From Ranitomeya imitator (taxonomy: Eukaryota), in NCBI RefSeq assembly GCF_032444005.1, contig NC_091289.1, positions 170,872,001 to 170,936,000 on the forward strand: a stretch of 64,000 nucleotides of DNA, in the 5' to 3' direction. The notes below the pieces were generated by a model. It was given only the letters and a program-made list of their open reading frames with translations. It was not told the origin of the DNA and made no database searches. A program made the position numbers and the translations under genes. Each line of letters opens with the position of its first letter. Position 1 is the first letter of the stretch. This document shows positions 50,224 through 63,484 of the stretch, piece by piece.

Positions 50224-50593
50224 GTCACGTGTCTCCTGTGTCTTGTACATTACATTGCTACAGTAATAAGCTAGTAAAGGAACGAACCAGCCTCCTTCGC
50301 TATGGCAACTGTTTAATCCCGCCCCTCTCACTGCGGATTGGCTGGCTCCTTCCTAGCGCCGCTTTCCATTCTGTTCCGATACTAAACTCAGCATCTGATT
50401 GGTCGCCTCCTACTACCTCGCCATCTGAGCTCAGCTTGATCGAGCTATGAAGCAGCCAATCACCCCGATAATTGGGAGGAGTTACACGACTAGGGCGTGG
50501 TCTAATTTGACAGCTGGCGGTGTGGTAGGGGCTGGATGGCAGAGGGAGGCAAATGCTGGGGAGAGGAGGTGACGGCGGCTGCGGGGCGCACAG
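50224..50593 (+). promoter_or_regulatory. Putative DHCR24 CpG-rich promoter and non-coding first exon
   Basis: GC/CpG-rich unique sequence; E-box CACGTG 50226-50231; GC box CCGCCC 50319-50324; ATTGG 50337, 50398, 50471; CCAAT 50456; SRE-like ATCACCCCGA 50459-50468; donor CAG|GTGAGC at 50593/50594. Confidence 0.65.
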
Positions 50594-51217
50594 GTGAGCG
50601 GACGGCTGACACTGCTCCATATACTGCGCCTGCTGGGGGTTGTAGTGTTACATCAGCAGAGCCACGGGATACAGGCGATCCGTTACCTGCATGATATACA
50701 GAGTGATCTCCGCCTGGACCGGTGGCTGTACGGATCACACCAGCTTTTATCATTCAGGTCACAAGAACTTGGTTGAAAAACCCTAAATAAATGGAGTGTG
50801 GCCCCTTTTGCGACTCCCACAGTTTTTTTGTTATTTTTCCGTCACTTGGGCTGTGAGGGTCGATTCCATTAGACGGTTTGATCGCCTTTGTAATTCTTTT
50901 TTAAGCTAGTGTAATAACTGAAATATCCTTTTTACCCCTTCAGAAATTAACTTATGGGTTAAACTATTTACTATTTTGGATAAATAATAAGATAAAAGTA
51001 CAATCATAAGTGCAATAATGCTAAATAAGTAAGATGAGGATTCCTGCACTAAGTGATCAGACCAAGAATACACAATAAATAATGTCTCAGGCTGTGACTC
51101 CAGGGGTCATAATGTCACCAGGTCGCTAGTTAAATAACTGATTAACATATCCAATGTGCCAACTTGGCTATAACATCACAAATATACGGCGAAAGCAGAT
51201 GATGCTCCACCAACATA

Positions 51218-52843
51218 CAGTGCAGACCAAAAGTTTGGACACACCTTCTCATTTAAAGATTTTTCTGTATTTTCATGACTGAAAATTGTACATTCACACT
51301 GAAGGCATTAAAACTATGAATTAACACATGTGGAATTATATACTTAATAAAAAAGTGTGAAACAACTGAAAATATGTCTTATATTCTAGGTTCTTCAAAG
51401 TAGCCACCTTTTACTTTGATGACTGCTTTGCACACTCTTGGCATTCTCTTGATGAGCTTCAAGAGGTAGTCACCGGGAATGGTCTTCCAACAATCTTGAA
51501 GGAGTTCCCAGAGATGCTTAGCACTTGTTGGCCCTTTTGCCTTCACTCTGCGGTCCAGCTCACCCCAAACCATCAGGTCATCTGGCGTAGCACCCCATCA
51601 CTCTCCTTCTTGGTCAAATAGCCCTTACACAGCCTGGAGGTGTGTTTGGGGTCATTGTCCTGTTGAAAAATAAATGATGGTCCAACTAAATGCAAACCGG
51701 ATGGAATAGCATGCCGCTGCAAGATGCTGTGGTAGCCATGCTGGTTCAGTATGCCCTCAATTTTGAATAAATCCCCAACAGTGTCACCAGCAAAGCACCC
51801 CCACACCATCACACCTCCTCCTCCATGCTTCACGGTGGGAACCAGGCATGTAGAGTCCATCCGCTCACCTTTTCTGCGTCGCACAAAGACACGGCGGTTG
51901 GAACCAAAGATCTCAAATTTGGACTCATCAGACCAAAGCACAGATTTCCACTGGTCTAATGTCCATTCCTTGTGTTCTTTAGCCCAAACAAGTCTCTTCT
52001 GCTTGTTGCCTGTCCTTAGCAGTGGTTTCCTAGCAGCTGTTTTACCATGAAGGCCTGCTGCACAAAGTCTCCTCTTAACAGTTGTTGTAGAGATGTGTCT
52101 GCTGCTAGAACTCTGTGTGGCATTAACCTGGTCTCTAATCTGAGCTGCTGTTAACCTGCAATTTCGGAGGCCGGTGACTCGGATAAACTTATCCTCAGAA
52201 GCAGAGGTGACTCTTGGTCTTCCTTTCCTGGAGCGGTCCTCATGTGAGCCAGTTTCTTTGTTGCGCTTGATGGTTTTTGCAACTGCACTTGGGGACACTT
52301 TCAAAGTTTTCCCAATTTTTTGGACTGACTGACCTTCAATTCTTAAAGTAATTCTTAAAGTAATGATGGCCACTCTTTTTTTCTTTACTTAGCTGCTTTA
52401 TTCTTGCCATAATACAAATTCTAACAGTCTATTCAGTAGGACTATCAGCTGTGTATCCACCAGATTTCTGCTCCACACAACTGATGGTCCCAACCCTATT
52501 TATAAGGCAAGAAAACCCTATTTATAAGGCAAGAAATCCCACTTATTAAACCTGACAGGGCACACCTGTGAAGTGAAAACCATTCCCGGTGACTACCTCT
52601 TGAAGCTCATCAAGAGAATGCCAAGAGTGTGCAAAGCAGTCATCAAAGCAAAAGGTGGCTACTTTGAAGAACCTAGAATAAAAGACATAATTTTAGTTGT
52701 TTCACACTTTTTTGCTAAGTATATAATCCCACATGTGTTAATTCATAGTTTTGATGCCTTCAGTGTGAATGCACAATTTTCATCGTCATGAAAATACAGA
52801 AATATCTTTAAATGAGGTGTGTCCAAACTTTTGGTCTGTACTG
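51218..52843 (-). mobile_element. Tc1 transposon with ~270-bp TIRs in the DHCR24 leader intron
   Basis: TA|CAGTGCAGACCAAAAGTTTGGACACACCT...; WSDESK and QQDNDPKH present, but the WPxQSPDLNPIE segment is deleted. Confidence 0.92.
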
Positions 52844-53129
52844 TAAATACAACCCTTTATGTCTTCATGTCCTGTAGACTCATGGGATTAGCAGTAGGTA
52901 AATCCTGAAAATATTAGAATTGTAAATGAAGATGAAGTCTGCGAGGGCTCCGGCTCCACTCCAGTTCTCTTCTGATTTTTATATATATCTATTTTTTATA
53001 ACTTTTTTTAAAATTTTTACTTTTACTTTTAATTATTCAGGACTCACACTTCCTGCTCTGTACTGAAGAACTTTCAGCAGTCTCATTATCATCACAGACA
53101 GTATTTCCATGACATAACAACACTTTAGG

Positions 53130-53660
53130 TAACGTCACAGGTCACCTCCTCCCCCTCTTGTACAATGACTGATAGAACCTCTATATACAGTAATTAACAC
53201 AGGATCCACTATTCACAATAGGTGTCACAGCACACCTCCTCCTCCTGTACAATGCGCCACAATATACAGTAAATAACACATGATCCACGATTCACAATAG
53301 ATGTTATACAGCTGACCTCCTCCTCCTCCTGTACAATGCACCACTATATAAAGGAGATAACACATGACCCACCATTCTCAATAAGAAATGTCACAGCTCA
53401 CCTCCTCCTCCTGCACAATGACTGATAGCACCTCTATATAGAGAAGATTACAGGATCTACCGTTCTCAATAGGTGATGTCACAACTCACCTCCTCCTCCT
53501 GTACAATTACTGCAATGTTTGATAACACCTCTACATACAGTCAGTGATATCACAGCTCACTTCTTCCTCCTGTACAGTGACTACAATGATTGATAATACC
53601 TCTATATGCAGTCAGTAGTGTCACAGCTCACCTCCTACCCCTCCTGTATAATGACAGATA
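53130..53660. repeat. Degenerate tandem repeat (TCACAGCTCACCTCCTCCTCCTGTACAATG-containing units)
   Basis: About 7 recurring units read directly. Confidence 0.7.
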
Positions 53661-53721
53661 ACACCTTTACATACAGAAGATAACACAGACTCCACCAAGA
53701 AAGATGTTTTTTACTTTTACA

Positions 53722-53980
53722 GTGGATAGCACAGCAGCCTGGCAGCGCTGGAGACCTGGGTTCAAGTCCCACTAAGGACAACATCTGCAAAGAGTTTGTA
53801 TGTTCTCTCTGTGTTTGCGTGGGTTTCCTCCGGGTACTCCGGTTTACTCCCACATTCCAAAGACATACTGATAGGGAATTTAGATTGTGAGCCCCATCGG
53901 AGACAGTGATGATAATGTGTACAAACTGTAAAGTGCTGCGGAATATGTTAGCGCTATATAAAAATAAAGATTATTATTAC
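53722..53980 (+). mobile_element. V-SINE-like tRNA-derived SINE with LINE-derived tail
   Basis: B-box GGTTCAAGTCC (53759-53769); V-domain-like GTGGGTTTCCTCCGGGTACTCCGGTTT(A)CTCCCAC; 3' GCGCTATATAAAAATAAAGATTATTATT. Confidence 0.78.
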
Positions 53981-54196
53981 CATTTTTATTATTAATATAC
54001 AGTAGATGGTGATATGAAAAAGCACTTATCATAAAACCCTGATTTAAGCAATAGGTCATGTTCGTCCGACCCCTTCCCTGTAATATATCACCCCTGTTAT
54101 GTAACATTCACAGTGATGGTAGAAGCTTTTCCCCTTATCTTACGGAACCTTTTTCCCACTGTTCTTGTACTTTCCAGTTCTCCTTCCTCTGAAGCA

Positions 54197-54427
54197 ATGG
54201 ACGTGATCTTGTACGTCGCCGGGGCACTTGTCCTTTTACTGCTGTGGATCAGGGCGAAAGGCTTTGAATACGTCATCGTCCACCACAGATGGGTGTTTGT
54301 TTGCCTCTTCTTGCTCCCGCTCTCCGTTGTTTTCGATGTGTATTATTACGTCAGGGCCTGGCTGGTGTTTAAAATGTGCAGCGCCCCCAAGCAACATGAC
54401 CGCCGGGTAAAAGAGATTCAAGAACAG
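54197..54427 (+). CDS. DHCR24: DHCR24 first coding exon
   Basis: [25 protein letters not shown]...[13 protein letters not shown]...IQEQ|gtaaga; 231 nt as in human; preceded by acceptor tttccag| at 54177. Confidence 0.96.
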
Positions 54428-55500
54428 GTAAGAGGGAAGGCAAAATCGGCAGTTTGCAAGGGGGCCAGAAGTCAGACTCTGGGTAATCAGCTGATTGTTC
54501 CAGGATAGAATTTCCCCTTTAACTCAAAAGAGTTTACACAACTTTGTTCTTCAAATTCTTTACCCCAACCGTATACCTTTAGAAGTTTTCCAAAAGTTTT
54601 GTTACTCTTTAACCTTTTCCCAACGGCGAAGGTCAGGGGCGCATTTATGGAAAAAGCTCAGGAGCCATGGGATAGGGGATAACGTGGTGATCGTGGAGGT
54701 TCTGAACATTGGGACCCCTAGCGATCTCGGCCTCCCCTCGATTCATTGTCTAAGGCCTGCTGAGCACTGCGCTCAGCTATTACCAGCAGTCCCATAGACA
54801 ATGAATGGAGCAGAGGCCACACATGTACTCCATTTGGGATGGGCTTTCAGAGCTCCGATCTCAGGAATATCTGGGACCGCCGCTGTCAGACCCCTTGCGA
54901 TCAGCAACTTATCCTCTATCCTATGGATAGGCGATAATTAGATTTTTGGGGGAATAATGCCAATCTCTGACAGCAGCATTTAAATGACACGATCCCAGTG
55001 GCGTCTGTTCTGGTTCATGTCCCCTGGGGAGACTAAAATAATAAGTAAAAAAAGTTTGTACAAAATAATAAAAGTATGTGTCAGATAATTGCAAAAAAAA
55101 TTTTTTTTTCACAAAATTCTACATATTTTTCAATACTAACGTATAGAACAAAATGATGACCTGGAGAATCACGCTGCCAGGTCTTTTATAACCACATGAT
55201 GAATGACACAGGAAAACAATTCACACAAAAAAATGACAGAATTTAGTGTCATTCAAAACTACAACTTGTCCTGCAAAAAAATGAGCCCTCATACAGCAAT
55301 GTCAATGGGGAGAAAGAAAAAAAAAATGACCGTTCTTGTAAGAAGGGAAGGAAAAAAACGAAAACGCAAAAATGAAAATTGTCCGCATCAGGAAACTGGA
55401 AACAGAGAATGAGGTTAATGTTAATATCTTATTATATTGTTGTTCTTACTATAATGTTTTAGTATTATTTATAGTATTATTATATCACTTTGTTTCCCAG

Positions 55501-55656
55501 GTACGAGCCTGGAAAGCCGAAGGAGGTAAAAACTTCATGTGCACTGGAAGGCCGGGATGGTTAACTGTATCCCTGCGAGTTGGGAAGTACAAGAACACAC
55601 ATAAGAACATAATGATCAATCTCATGGACATCCTGGAGGTGGACACTAAGAGACAG
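55501..55656 (+). CDS. DHCR24: DHCR24 coding exon 2
   Basis: 156 nt; [31 protein letters not shown]...ILEVDTKRQ; AG/GT flanks. Confidence 0.97.
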
Positions 55657-56557
55657 GTACTTTCTACACCAAGAAATTAGAATGATTTTCTGTTGGATGG
55701 AAAGAATAAGCTGGGATACAGTTATGGGGTCAGTAAAAGGAGTTTTCTTAGATTTTAATATTGCTGACCTGTCTTTAGGATAGGTCAACTGGATCAGACT
55801 GGATCCCGCTTTAGGTGCCCCACCGATCGGCTGATTGAAGGGGCTGCGGTGCATCGCAAGCAGCCCAGCGCTGTACATTATGTAGTGGCAAAGGAGTTGT
55901 TTTTATTATGACAAAGAGTAAAAAACACCAATACACCAGTGTAAAGTACAATATTAAAAAGGTTTCCACCTGGGGTACAAGTTCTATTATTACTCCAACG
56001 TGAATAAGACCACTCAGAGGAGTGTTTTTCTAAAATACCTTTTACGCTGGTAAAGTAGTTGTCCAGTCTTCCTTCTTCAGGAGCGCACCGTTCCTCCGTC
56101 TCCTGGTTTCCTATTTTACTGGGGAGTGGCGGTGCACTCCTGAAGACTGACAGTTAAAGGATCTGTCCTAAGCTATGCACTCTCCCATGCTGCAAGCTGT
56201 GGCAGCATTGCCTCTGCAGCATCAGAAAAGCACAGCGAGACTAAAGCAGGATGGATCAAGTGATCCGGCAGTGTTTACAAGCTGTATACCAAAGAGCTAG
56301 CTAGCGCTGCTTTCCTTGTCTTGGAAACCGACCACCCCTGATAGACTGCAGAGGTGGCAAGTAACCTAGATAAACAGCAGTAAACTGTGACATAAAAAAT
56401 CCCTCCATTCTCAAGAACAGAGACGATTTTTAATAAGTGGTAAATTGCAAAGTTGATTGTTTTTATTAGCATTCTACATTTTTAATCTGATAATCCAATT
56501 TATAAGTGCATTTCTTTTTTTTTTTTTAATGTTTCACGTTTCCTTTGGCTTCTTTAG

Positions 56558-56701
<144 letters not shown>

Positions 56702-57081
56702 TGACTCTGAGAGTTGACAAATATAACATTTTGAGAATTTAGTGGGTTAAACAAAAATGTTTCATATAAAGAACTGAAATTATCAGAATTGGAACAAGAG
56801 GAGATGCCATCATGATGACCCTGCAATAGCGCAACGTTAAGCTTTGGTCTTTTTTCTGCAAGTGTCCTATTTCAGAGATAATATTCCGCAGGGAGCCTGA
56901 TAGCTGGTAGCAATACATTTGTAGGGCGAAACGCAGCTTTTTCTGGCGATAACAGCTGATCCCGTCAGTGTCTGAAGCCCGTATGGCCTCTACTTGGTGG
57001 AACGGTTGTGAAGGAAGTGTTGGGCAAACCTGGGTAACCCTATCAGTTCTAAAAAATCTCTCTGTATGTTTTTGGGCACAG

Positions 57082-57200
57082 GTGGCCTGATTATGGGAAC
57101 AGGGATTGAATCGTCATCCCATAACTTTGGACTTTTTCAACACATCTGCTTGGCCTATGAACTTGTCCTTGCTGATGGGAGTCTTGTGCGGTGTACACCG
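57082..57200 (+). CDS. DHCR24: DHCR24 coding exon 4 (FAD-binding [13 protein letters not shown])
   Basis: 119 nt; [39 protein letters not shown]; AG/GT flanks. Confidence 0.97.
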
Positions 57201-57896
57201 GTAAAACATAGTTTGTTTATTTAAAACAAAAATATAGATGAATGCATATTAAATCGTATTTTATATAGCTTACTAATATACCACTATTAGGCCAGATGCC
57301 CCGTATCCCCTTGTTCTGTGGAGAGGAGGGGGTCGGCTATTTAAATAAGCGGTCGGCTAGCTCCTTAAAGATTTATCACCATCTTTAGAAGTTATCAGCT
57401 GTACATAGAATAGGTGATAACTTGCTGAGCGATGTTGCGGTGGTGGCAAGTTATATGCGACCACCACTCCATTCATTCTTTATGGGACGGCCAGAAGCAG
57501 AGTGCTCAGCTTTCTCCAGCAGTCCCCTAGACAATGTAAGGAGTGGTGGTCGCTTATGCCCGGCCACTCCTGCCTTCAGATAGGCCCGGCCTTGAGAGGT
57601 CTCAGTGGTCGGACCCCACTGATCAGCAAATTATCACTTATTCTATGGAAAAGTGATAATCTCTAGATGGGAATAACGCTACTACTAGCCATGAGCACAG
57701 AACTAGAAGTGATGCGGTGGAACACAAGATGGAGAGGCAACAAGAGTATCGGGACACCAAGCCTTATAAGACTATATTAGTAAGTTATTCGTGGCTGATT
57801 TATCTACCGTATATTTTCCCCGTACCACTCCTTTTATTGGATATTTGTTGCACTTCTTTTTTACTTTTGCAGTCAGTGTATTAATTCTCTCTTCAG

Positions 57897-58160
57897 ACGG
57901 AAAATTCTGACCTCTTTTATGCCGTTCCTTGGTCGTGTGGGACTCTGGGCTTCTTGGTTGCAACAGAAATCAAGATCGTTCCGGCTAAGAAGTATGTGAA
58001 GCTGCACTACAACCCTGTGAGAGGCCTGGAGAAGATCTGCGAGAGGTTTTCAAGAGAATCCATGAAAAAAGAGAACTATTTTGTAGAGGGTTTGGTATAC
58101 TCGGCTGACGAGGCCGTCATAATGACCGGGGTCCTAACCGACGAGGCTCAGCCAGACCAG
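57897..58160 (+). CDS. DHCR24: DHCR24 coding exon 5
   Basis: 264 nt; [26 protein letters not shown]...[15 protein letters not shown]; AG/GT flanks. Confidence 0.97.
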
Positions 58161-58239
58161 GTATTTGACACCATCATTGATTTTTCTATCTTTTGTCTCG
58201 CCTAATTTTTAATTCCATTAATACTTTGATGCATTTTAG

Positions 58240-58383
58240 ATTAATAGTATCGGAAGTTATTGGAAACCTTGGTTTTTCCGTCACGTGGAGTCATATTTAA
58301 AGAATAACCAAAGTGGGACTGAGTACATCCCCTTACGCCACTACTACCACAGACATACCAGGAGTATCTTCTGGGAGCTGCAG
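58240..58383 (+). CDS. DHCR24: DHCR24 coding exon 6
   Basis: 144 nt; [19 protein letters not shown]...[20 protein letters not shown]; AG/GT flanks. Confidence 0.97.
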
Positions 58384-58470
58384 GTGGGTTTCCAATATTA
58401 GTCTTGGGGTCAGTGTGCGTCCCAGAAACATCATTCACAGCCATTGCTCACCGTCTCCCTTTGGTTCTAG

Positions 58471-58668
58471 GATATCATTCCATTTGGCAATCACCCCGCG
58501 TTCCGTTACCTGTTTGGCTGGATGGTGCCTCCGAAAATCTCATTACTAAAGCTCACCCAAGGAGAGACCATCAGGAAGCTGTACGAGCAGCATCATGTGG
58601 TGCAGGACATGCTCGTCCCAATGAAATGTCTGCAGAAAGCCATCAGCGCCTTCCATAGGGAGATTAGT
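58471..58668 (+). CDS. DHCR24: DHCR24 coding exon 7
   Basis: 198 nt; DIIPFGNHP...[17 protein letters not shown]...[11 protein letters not shown]; AG/GT flanks. Confidence 0.97.
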
Positions 58669-59190
58669 GTATGTATCTGTAACACATGGTTCACAAAAAG
58701 TGTCTGATGAGCAGCAGAAGTGTGAATGCAGCTCTGGACTATCGGTGCAGGTTGTGATTTAATGCTCACTTTGATCAAAAACACTGAAACCCCAGACCGA
58801 TTTTCTAGTCCAGAGTTTGGTCCGACTCCGACTTTCATCAGTTTTGCTCTGATTAGACAAAAAAAAATTTCTCCTCCTTTTCCTATCAGTCTATAAAAAA
58901 AATGGACAGCACATGGATGGCATTTGAGTGCTGTCCATTTTTTTTTTTTTTTATTTTTTTTTTCATGGACCTATAGACTTTCATTGCCAAGTTTCATCCG
59001 ACAATTGAATCAACGTCCGACATGTCTCTTCGATTTTGTAGACCACTGGGTCTGCAAAAAATCACAGTCACAAAGACTGTCATAGGTACGAGTGTTAATC
59101 CTGAAAAACACAGCTAGCACTCGAAAAACTGACGTGTGAATGAGCACTTAGGCTGAGTGAAAAATGTTCTTGTTCATATTCTTTTCACAG

Positions 59191-59369
59191 GTCTACCCAC
59201 TATGGCTCTGTCCTTTCATTCTGCCCAGTCATCCTGGCATGGTCCACCCCAAGGGTAATGAAGCGGAGCTCTACGTAGATATCGGGGCATATGGGGAGCC
59301 AAAGACGAAACACTTTGATGCCAAAGCTTCTATGCGCCAACTGGAAAAATTTGTCAGAGATGTTCACGG
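59191..59369 (+). CDS. DHCR24: DHCR24 coding exon 8
   Basis: 179 nt; [16 protein letters not shown]...[11 protein letters not shown]...FVRDVH GG|gtaagt. Confidence 0.97.
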
Positions 59370-59769
59370 GTAAGTTTTGCTTTTAGATTGACAACAATAT
59401 GCATTCACGGTCAGGGGTACAGGCTGCTGTGCAATGTGACCGTCAGTATGGGGAGGGGGAAGGGAACAGGTTGCGACATCTTCAGCCCTGATGTGTATGA
59501 TTACTGTCTTTATTATCTTTATGAAGCATTTTAATAATTACTAATCATTACGTAGTTGTTGTAAATGATATTTCTTGATATTAAGAAAGGGTTAACAGAT
59601 TTACAAAAATAATAGGGAAAAAGAAAGATCTGTATGCACAAACTCAGCACAAGTCATTACAGAGAGCAAAGTATCCCGTACCATAGATAATCCTAAACAT
59701 TAAACGAGCGCAGGAACACTGTTAATGGTGATTTTTTTTTTTTTTTGCACAAATAACAATTATCTGTTA

Positions 59770-60439
59770 CCTCTTTCACACTTCCGTCTTTTCAGATCCG
59801 TTGCAATGCGTCGTTTTGGGAAAAAAACTGTTCCTGCAAATGTGCCTGCAGGATCCGTTTTTTTTTCCCATAGACTTGTATTAGCGACGGATCGTTTTTT
59901 TTGTCTGCGTCGGGAAAACGTGTCGCGACGGATCCTGCGGCATACGTCGTTGACTAGAATGGAAGCCTATGGACACAGGATCCGTCGCGACACGTCGTAT
60001 GATGGAATCCAGCGCTGGAATCTGTTTTTTTACACTGACATTGCTCAGAATCAGGAATTTGTAGCCAATTGGCCAGACAGGCCCCAAATCTATACAAACC
60101 TGGCCTGGGGCGTCACCCCCAAATGTGCCAGCAAGACTCCTTCCACCCTGAAAACAGCCAGTCAATATATTGGTTTCCCTATTTTCCAGTAGCCAATCAC
60201 ATTTGGGAGACTCCCATTTTTAGGCATGGAAAACGGATCCGTCAAAAAAACGGATGAAATGGATGGTAAAAACGGACAAAACAGATGCAACGGATCCAGT
60301 TTTTCGACAGAACCGTCTAGCGGATCCGTCTAAATACTGGATGTGTTGCATCCATTTTTCTATATTTTTGACGCATCCGTCGATACGTCGCGCCGACGCG
60401 TTGTGACGGATTCAAAAAAATGGAAGTGTGAAAGTAGCC
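59770..60439. mobile_element. Harbinger-type MITE in DHCR24 intron 8
   Basis: CTTTCACACTTCCG...TGGAAGTGTGAAAGTAGCC|TAA; GGATCC-rich inverted interior. Confidence 0.7.
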
Positions 60440-61339
60440 TAAGGAGAGCAAATAGATTTGCAGTATCCTGGTCCCATATCCACTTTTTTACTCTGTGACT
60501 GCTGGACCAAGGTAATGCAATCTTCCAAGTAAGGGCTCGTTCCCATTGGCAATGAAATCGGGCTCATGCAATCCGATTAAAAAAGCATGCATGCTTTCAC
60601 TCCATACAACTCTATGGGGAATCGCCCTGCAGATCTGGCTGTAATGCTCATTGAGTTGGATGGATATATGCCCAGCCACTGCACCATACAACTATTTACT
60701 ATGGATATGGAGAGAAGGAATGACCCCTCAGGACCCCTGTAATAGTGATCAGTGGGATCTCAAGTGATCTAACATTTATCAAGCATCAACAGGATACCAT
60801 GGAGGTTCACTAGTTAGCAGGGTTGTCACCAAGAATTTCAGAGCTCCATACTGGCAAAATTTTCGTGCCCCCTTGAGACTTTGCCCAGGCTCCACTCCTG
60901 CTCCGCCTCCACCCTTCGAGCCTTTCACAGTCCCACCGCCTCCTCTTGGAAAAACTCCACTCCTCCACCACGTCATCACCAATCACTCATTATCGGTTCC
61001 CATCGAACACCAGATCACATACATAGCCATCAGCTTTTGTTTTGGCCAAAAGATTTTTTTTTTTAAGCCGCCACCACGACAAGGTAGACTCTTTAGCAGC
61101 ACCCTACTCTACTCTAATCTACTAAACATTTCTTAAAATATCCAATACTCTTTTTAGGTATATGAGTAACATACATTTTTTTAAAATTAGCATTGTGTTT
61201 TTTTTAATTAATGATCACTATTGTGGCATTCGGTCACTATGTGGTGACAATATGTGGTCTGGTCATGGAGTGGCCGTATTTGTTCCTTCTATGTGGTATT
61301 GTTGGTCATATTACCATAAGTTCCATTACACACAGGAGC

Positions 61340-61503
61340 TCAGTATATAGTGTATAGTGTACAGGTAATACAGTGATCACCAATGAAATTATACACAGGA
61401 GCTCTGTGTATGGTGTATAGTAATACAGTGATCACCAGTGACAATCAATATACACAGGTGCTCTGTATATAGTGTTCAGATAATACAGTGACTTACCAGT
61501 GAC

Positions 61504-61566
<63 letters not shown>

Positions 61567-61740
61567 TGTGTATAATCAGTGTACAGGTAATACAGTGATC
61601 ACCAGTAACACTATACACAGCTCTGTGTATGGTGTACATGTAACACAGTGATCACCAGTGACCTTACCCACAGGAGCTCTGTATATAGTGTATAGGTAAT
61701 ACAGGGATCACCAGTGACAGTATACACAGGAGCTCTAATA
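61340..61740. repeat. ~55-bp tandem repeat interrupted by (TA)n (61506-61564)
   Basis: GTGATCACCAGTGACATTATACACAGGAGCTCTGTATATAGTGTATAGGTAATACA variants. Confidence 0.8.
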
Positions 61741-62330
61741 TCCCTTAGCCCTTACAGTAATAATGTCCCACATCCTGGCCCCTTCCTGTAATAACATCCC
61801 CCATCCTGGCCCCTTGTCTCATTCCTGGCCCCATATGTTCTCCCATCCTGCCCCAGTGTTGTTGCCTTGCAGTACTAAGAAATTTATATCAGACCAGAGG
61901 TAACGCCTGCATGGAGTTCTCTCTCACACAAAACATCCCAAGGTCATGTCCACTCGCGACATAAATTGCTTTAAAAAAATCTGCCATGAATTGGTGGCAA
62001 AATATAACATTCACCTTATGCAGTGCCGCGGATTTCAGCCTTTAACATGCTGATTTAAAATCCCCATCGCAGGTCAAGTGCTGTGCAAATTTTATTTGCA
62101 ACCTGTGGATGAGATATTGGGAAATCTCATCCACCTCTACTGATATACACTGGCATACCTACCTGGAAATATCCACAGAGTATCCATCCTGTGTGAACTA
62201 GCCCTAATATGTCGATTAACGGGACCTCCACCGCTCATTAGTATAATAAATTACAGTACAAATGAAAATTATCTGAATACTTCAGTTTCTGAACTTATTC
62301 CGTTTTTGATGGTTTTCGCTCTCCATTCAG

Positions 62331-62484
62331 GTTCCAGATGCTTTACGCAGATTGCTACATGAGCCGTGACGAATTCTGGGAGATGTTTGATGGATCCTCG
62401 TATCAGAAGTTGAGACAGAAGCTGGGTTGTAAGAACGCCTTCCCAGAGGTGTATGATAAAATCTGCAAAGCTGCACGCCACTGA
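62331..62484 (+). CDS. DHCR24: DHCR24 last coding exon
   Basis: cattcag|[23 protein letters not shown]...[14 protein letters not shown]; total CDS 1551 nt = 516 aa, same length as human. Confidence 0.97.
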
Positions 62485-63484
62485 GTGAGAGACATTTTCC
62501 GCAGAACGTTATGGTCTTCTTTTTTTCTTTTTTTTTTTAATCAAGACTCGGACTACAAAGCATTTGTCCCCACAATCAGCTGAAGGACCTTGGAGTTTGA
62601 CAAACCTCCAACACCAGCGTCCCGACATTTCAGCATCGGATGCATCATTGCACTTTGTCTAACATTGCAAAAGTGACCGATGCCATCCCTACAGCTGGTA
62701 CCGCTTCCATATATCATCTGGGTGCCAGTGAGGGACTTCCATGAAGAGTCACTATTTATCACTGCACCAGATAAGTGCACAATGTGCCCTAGAAAGCTAA
62801 GGATTACAATAGCTCCGAAGAGCCCCGTGCAGCCATGATGACTTCTCCTTGCCATGCAATATGACTGCAAACAATGTCCTTTAGTTGAATGTGAACCTTG
62901 GCCATCAAAGGTTGTTCCCATGTCAGCCATGAAAAGTAATAACTTCATCCATGTGCCGGCCAACGGAGCAGGTCTGCTGTTTGTGTCACCCCCATTCACA
63001 TCTATGGGAGTTATGGAAAGCATGCAGTGCAGCTGTGCTCGGTGCTTCCCATATCCCCACCTGCGGCGGCAGGCATCGGGATGCAGTTATTCACATCCGG
63101 CCCATGAAAGGCTGAAATGACGAACTGTCTCTGAAAAGCCAAAAAGTCTGTTTTGCTGATGAAGCCAAAAGATGGCAATGCTTGTATATCTGGATGCCAG
63201 CAGGGTGCTTTAATATATAATTGTATGTAATTCTTGTATTTTTATGTATTATGAAGCATTGTCTCTTCTCTTGTGGCTATAGGATTTTTTTTATGGGCAC
63301 ACCTGTTCCTGGCACAAAGTTTTTATTGTATTTTGCAAAAACAGTGGTAACAGGGTTAAAAGCAAGTGCATTGCATTCATATTACAATCAAAGTAACAAC
63401 CTGTAGACAAGTGGTAAGCAATTTAAAGTGTCTGCGGGGGCAAATTTATGGTAAATGTGCAGTGGTGGCAACTATGGTAGGCGC

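Noticed and set aside
53740-53790. tRNA gene
   Set aside because: Only a B-box followed by a SINE body; no cloverleaf
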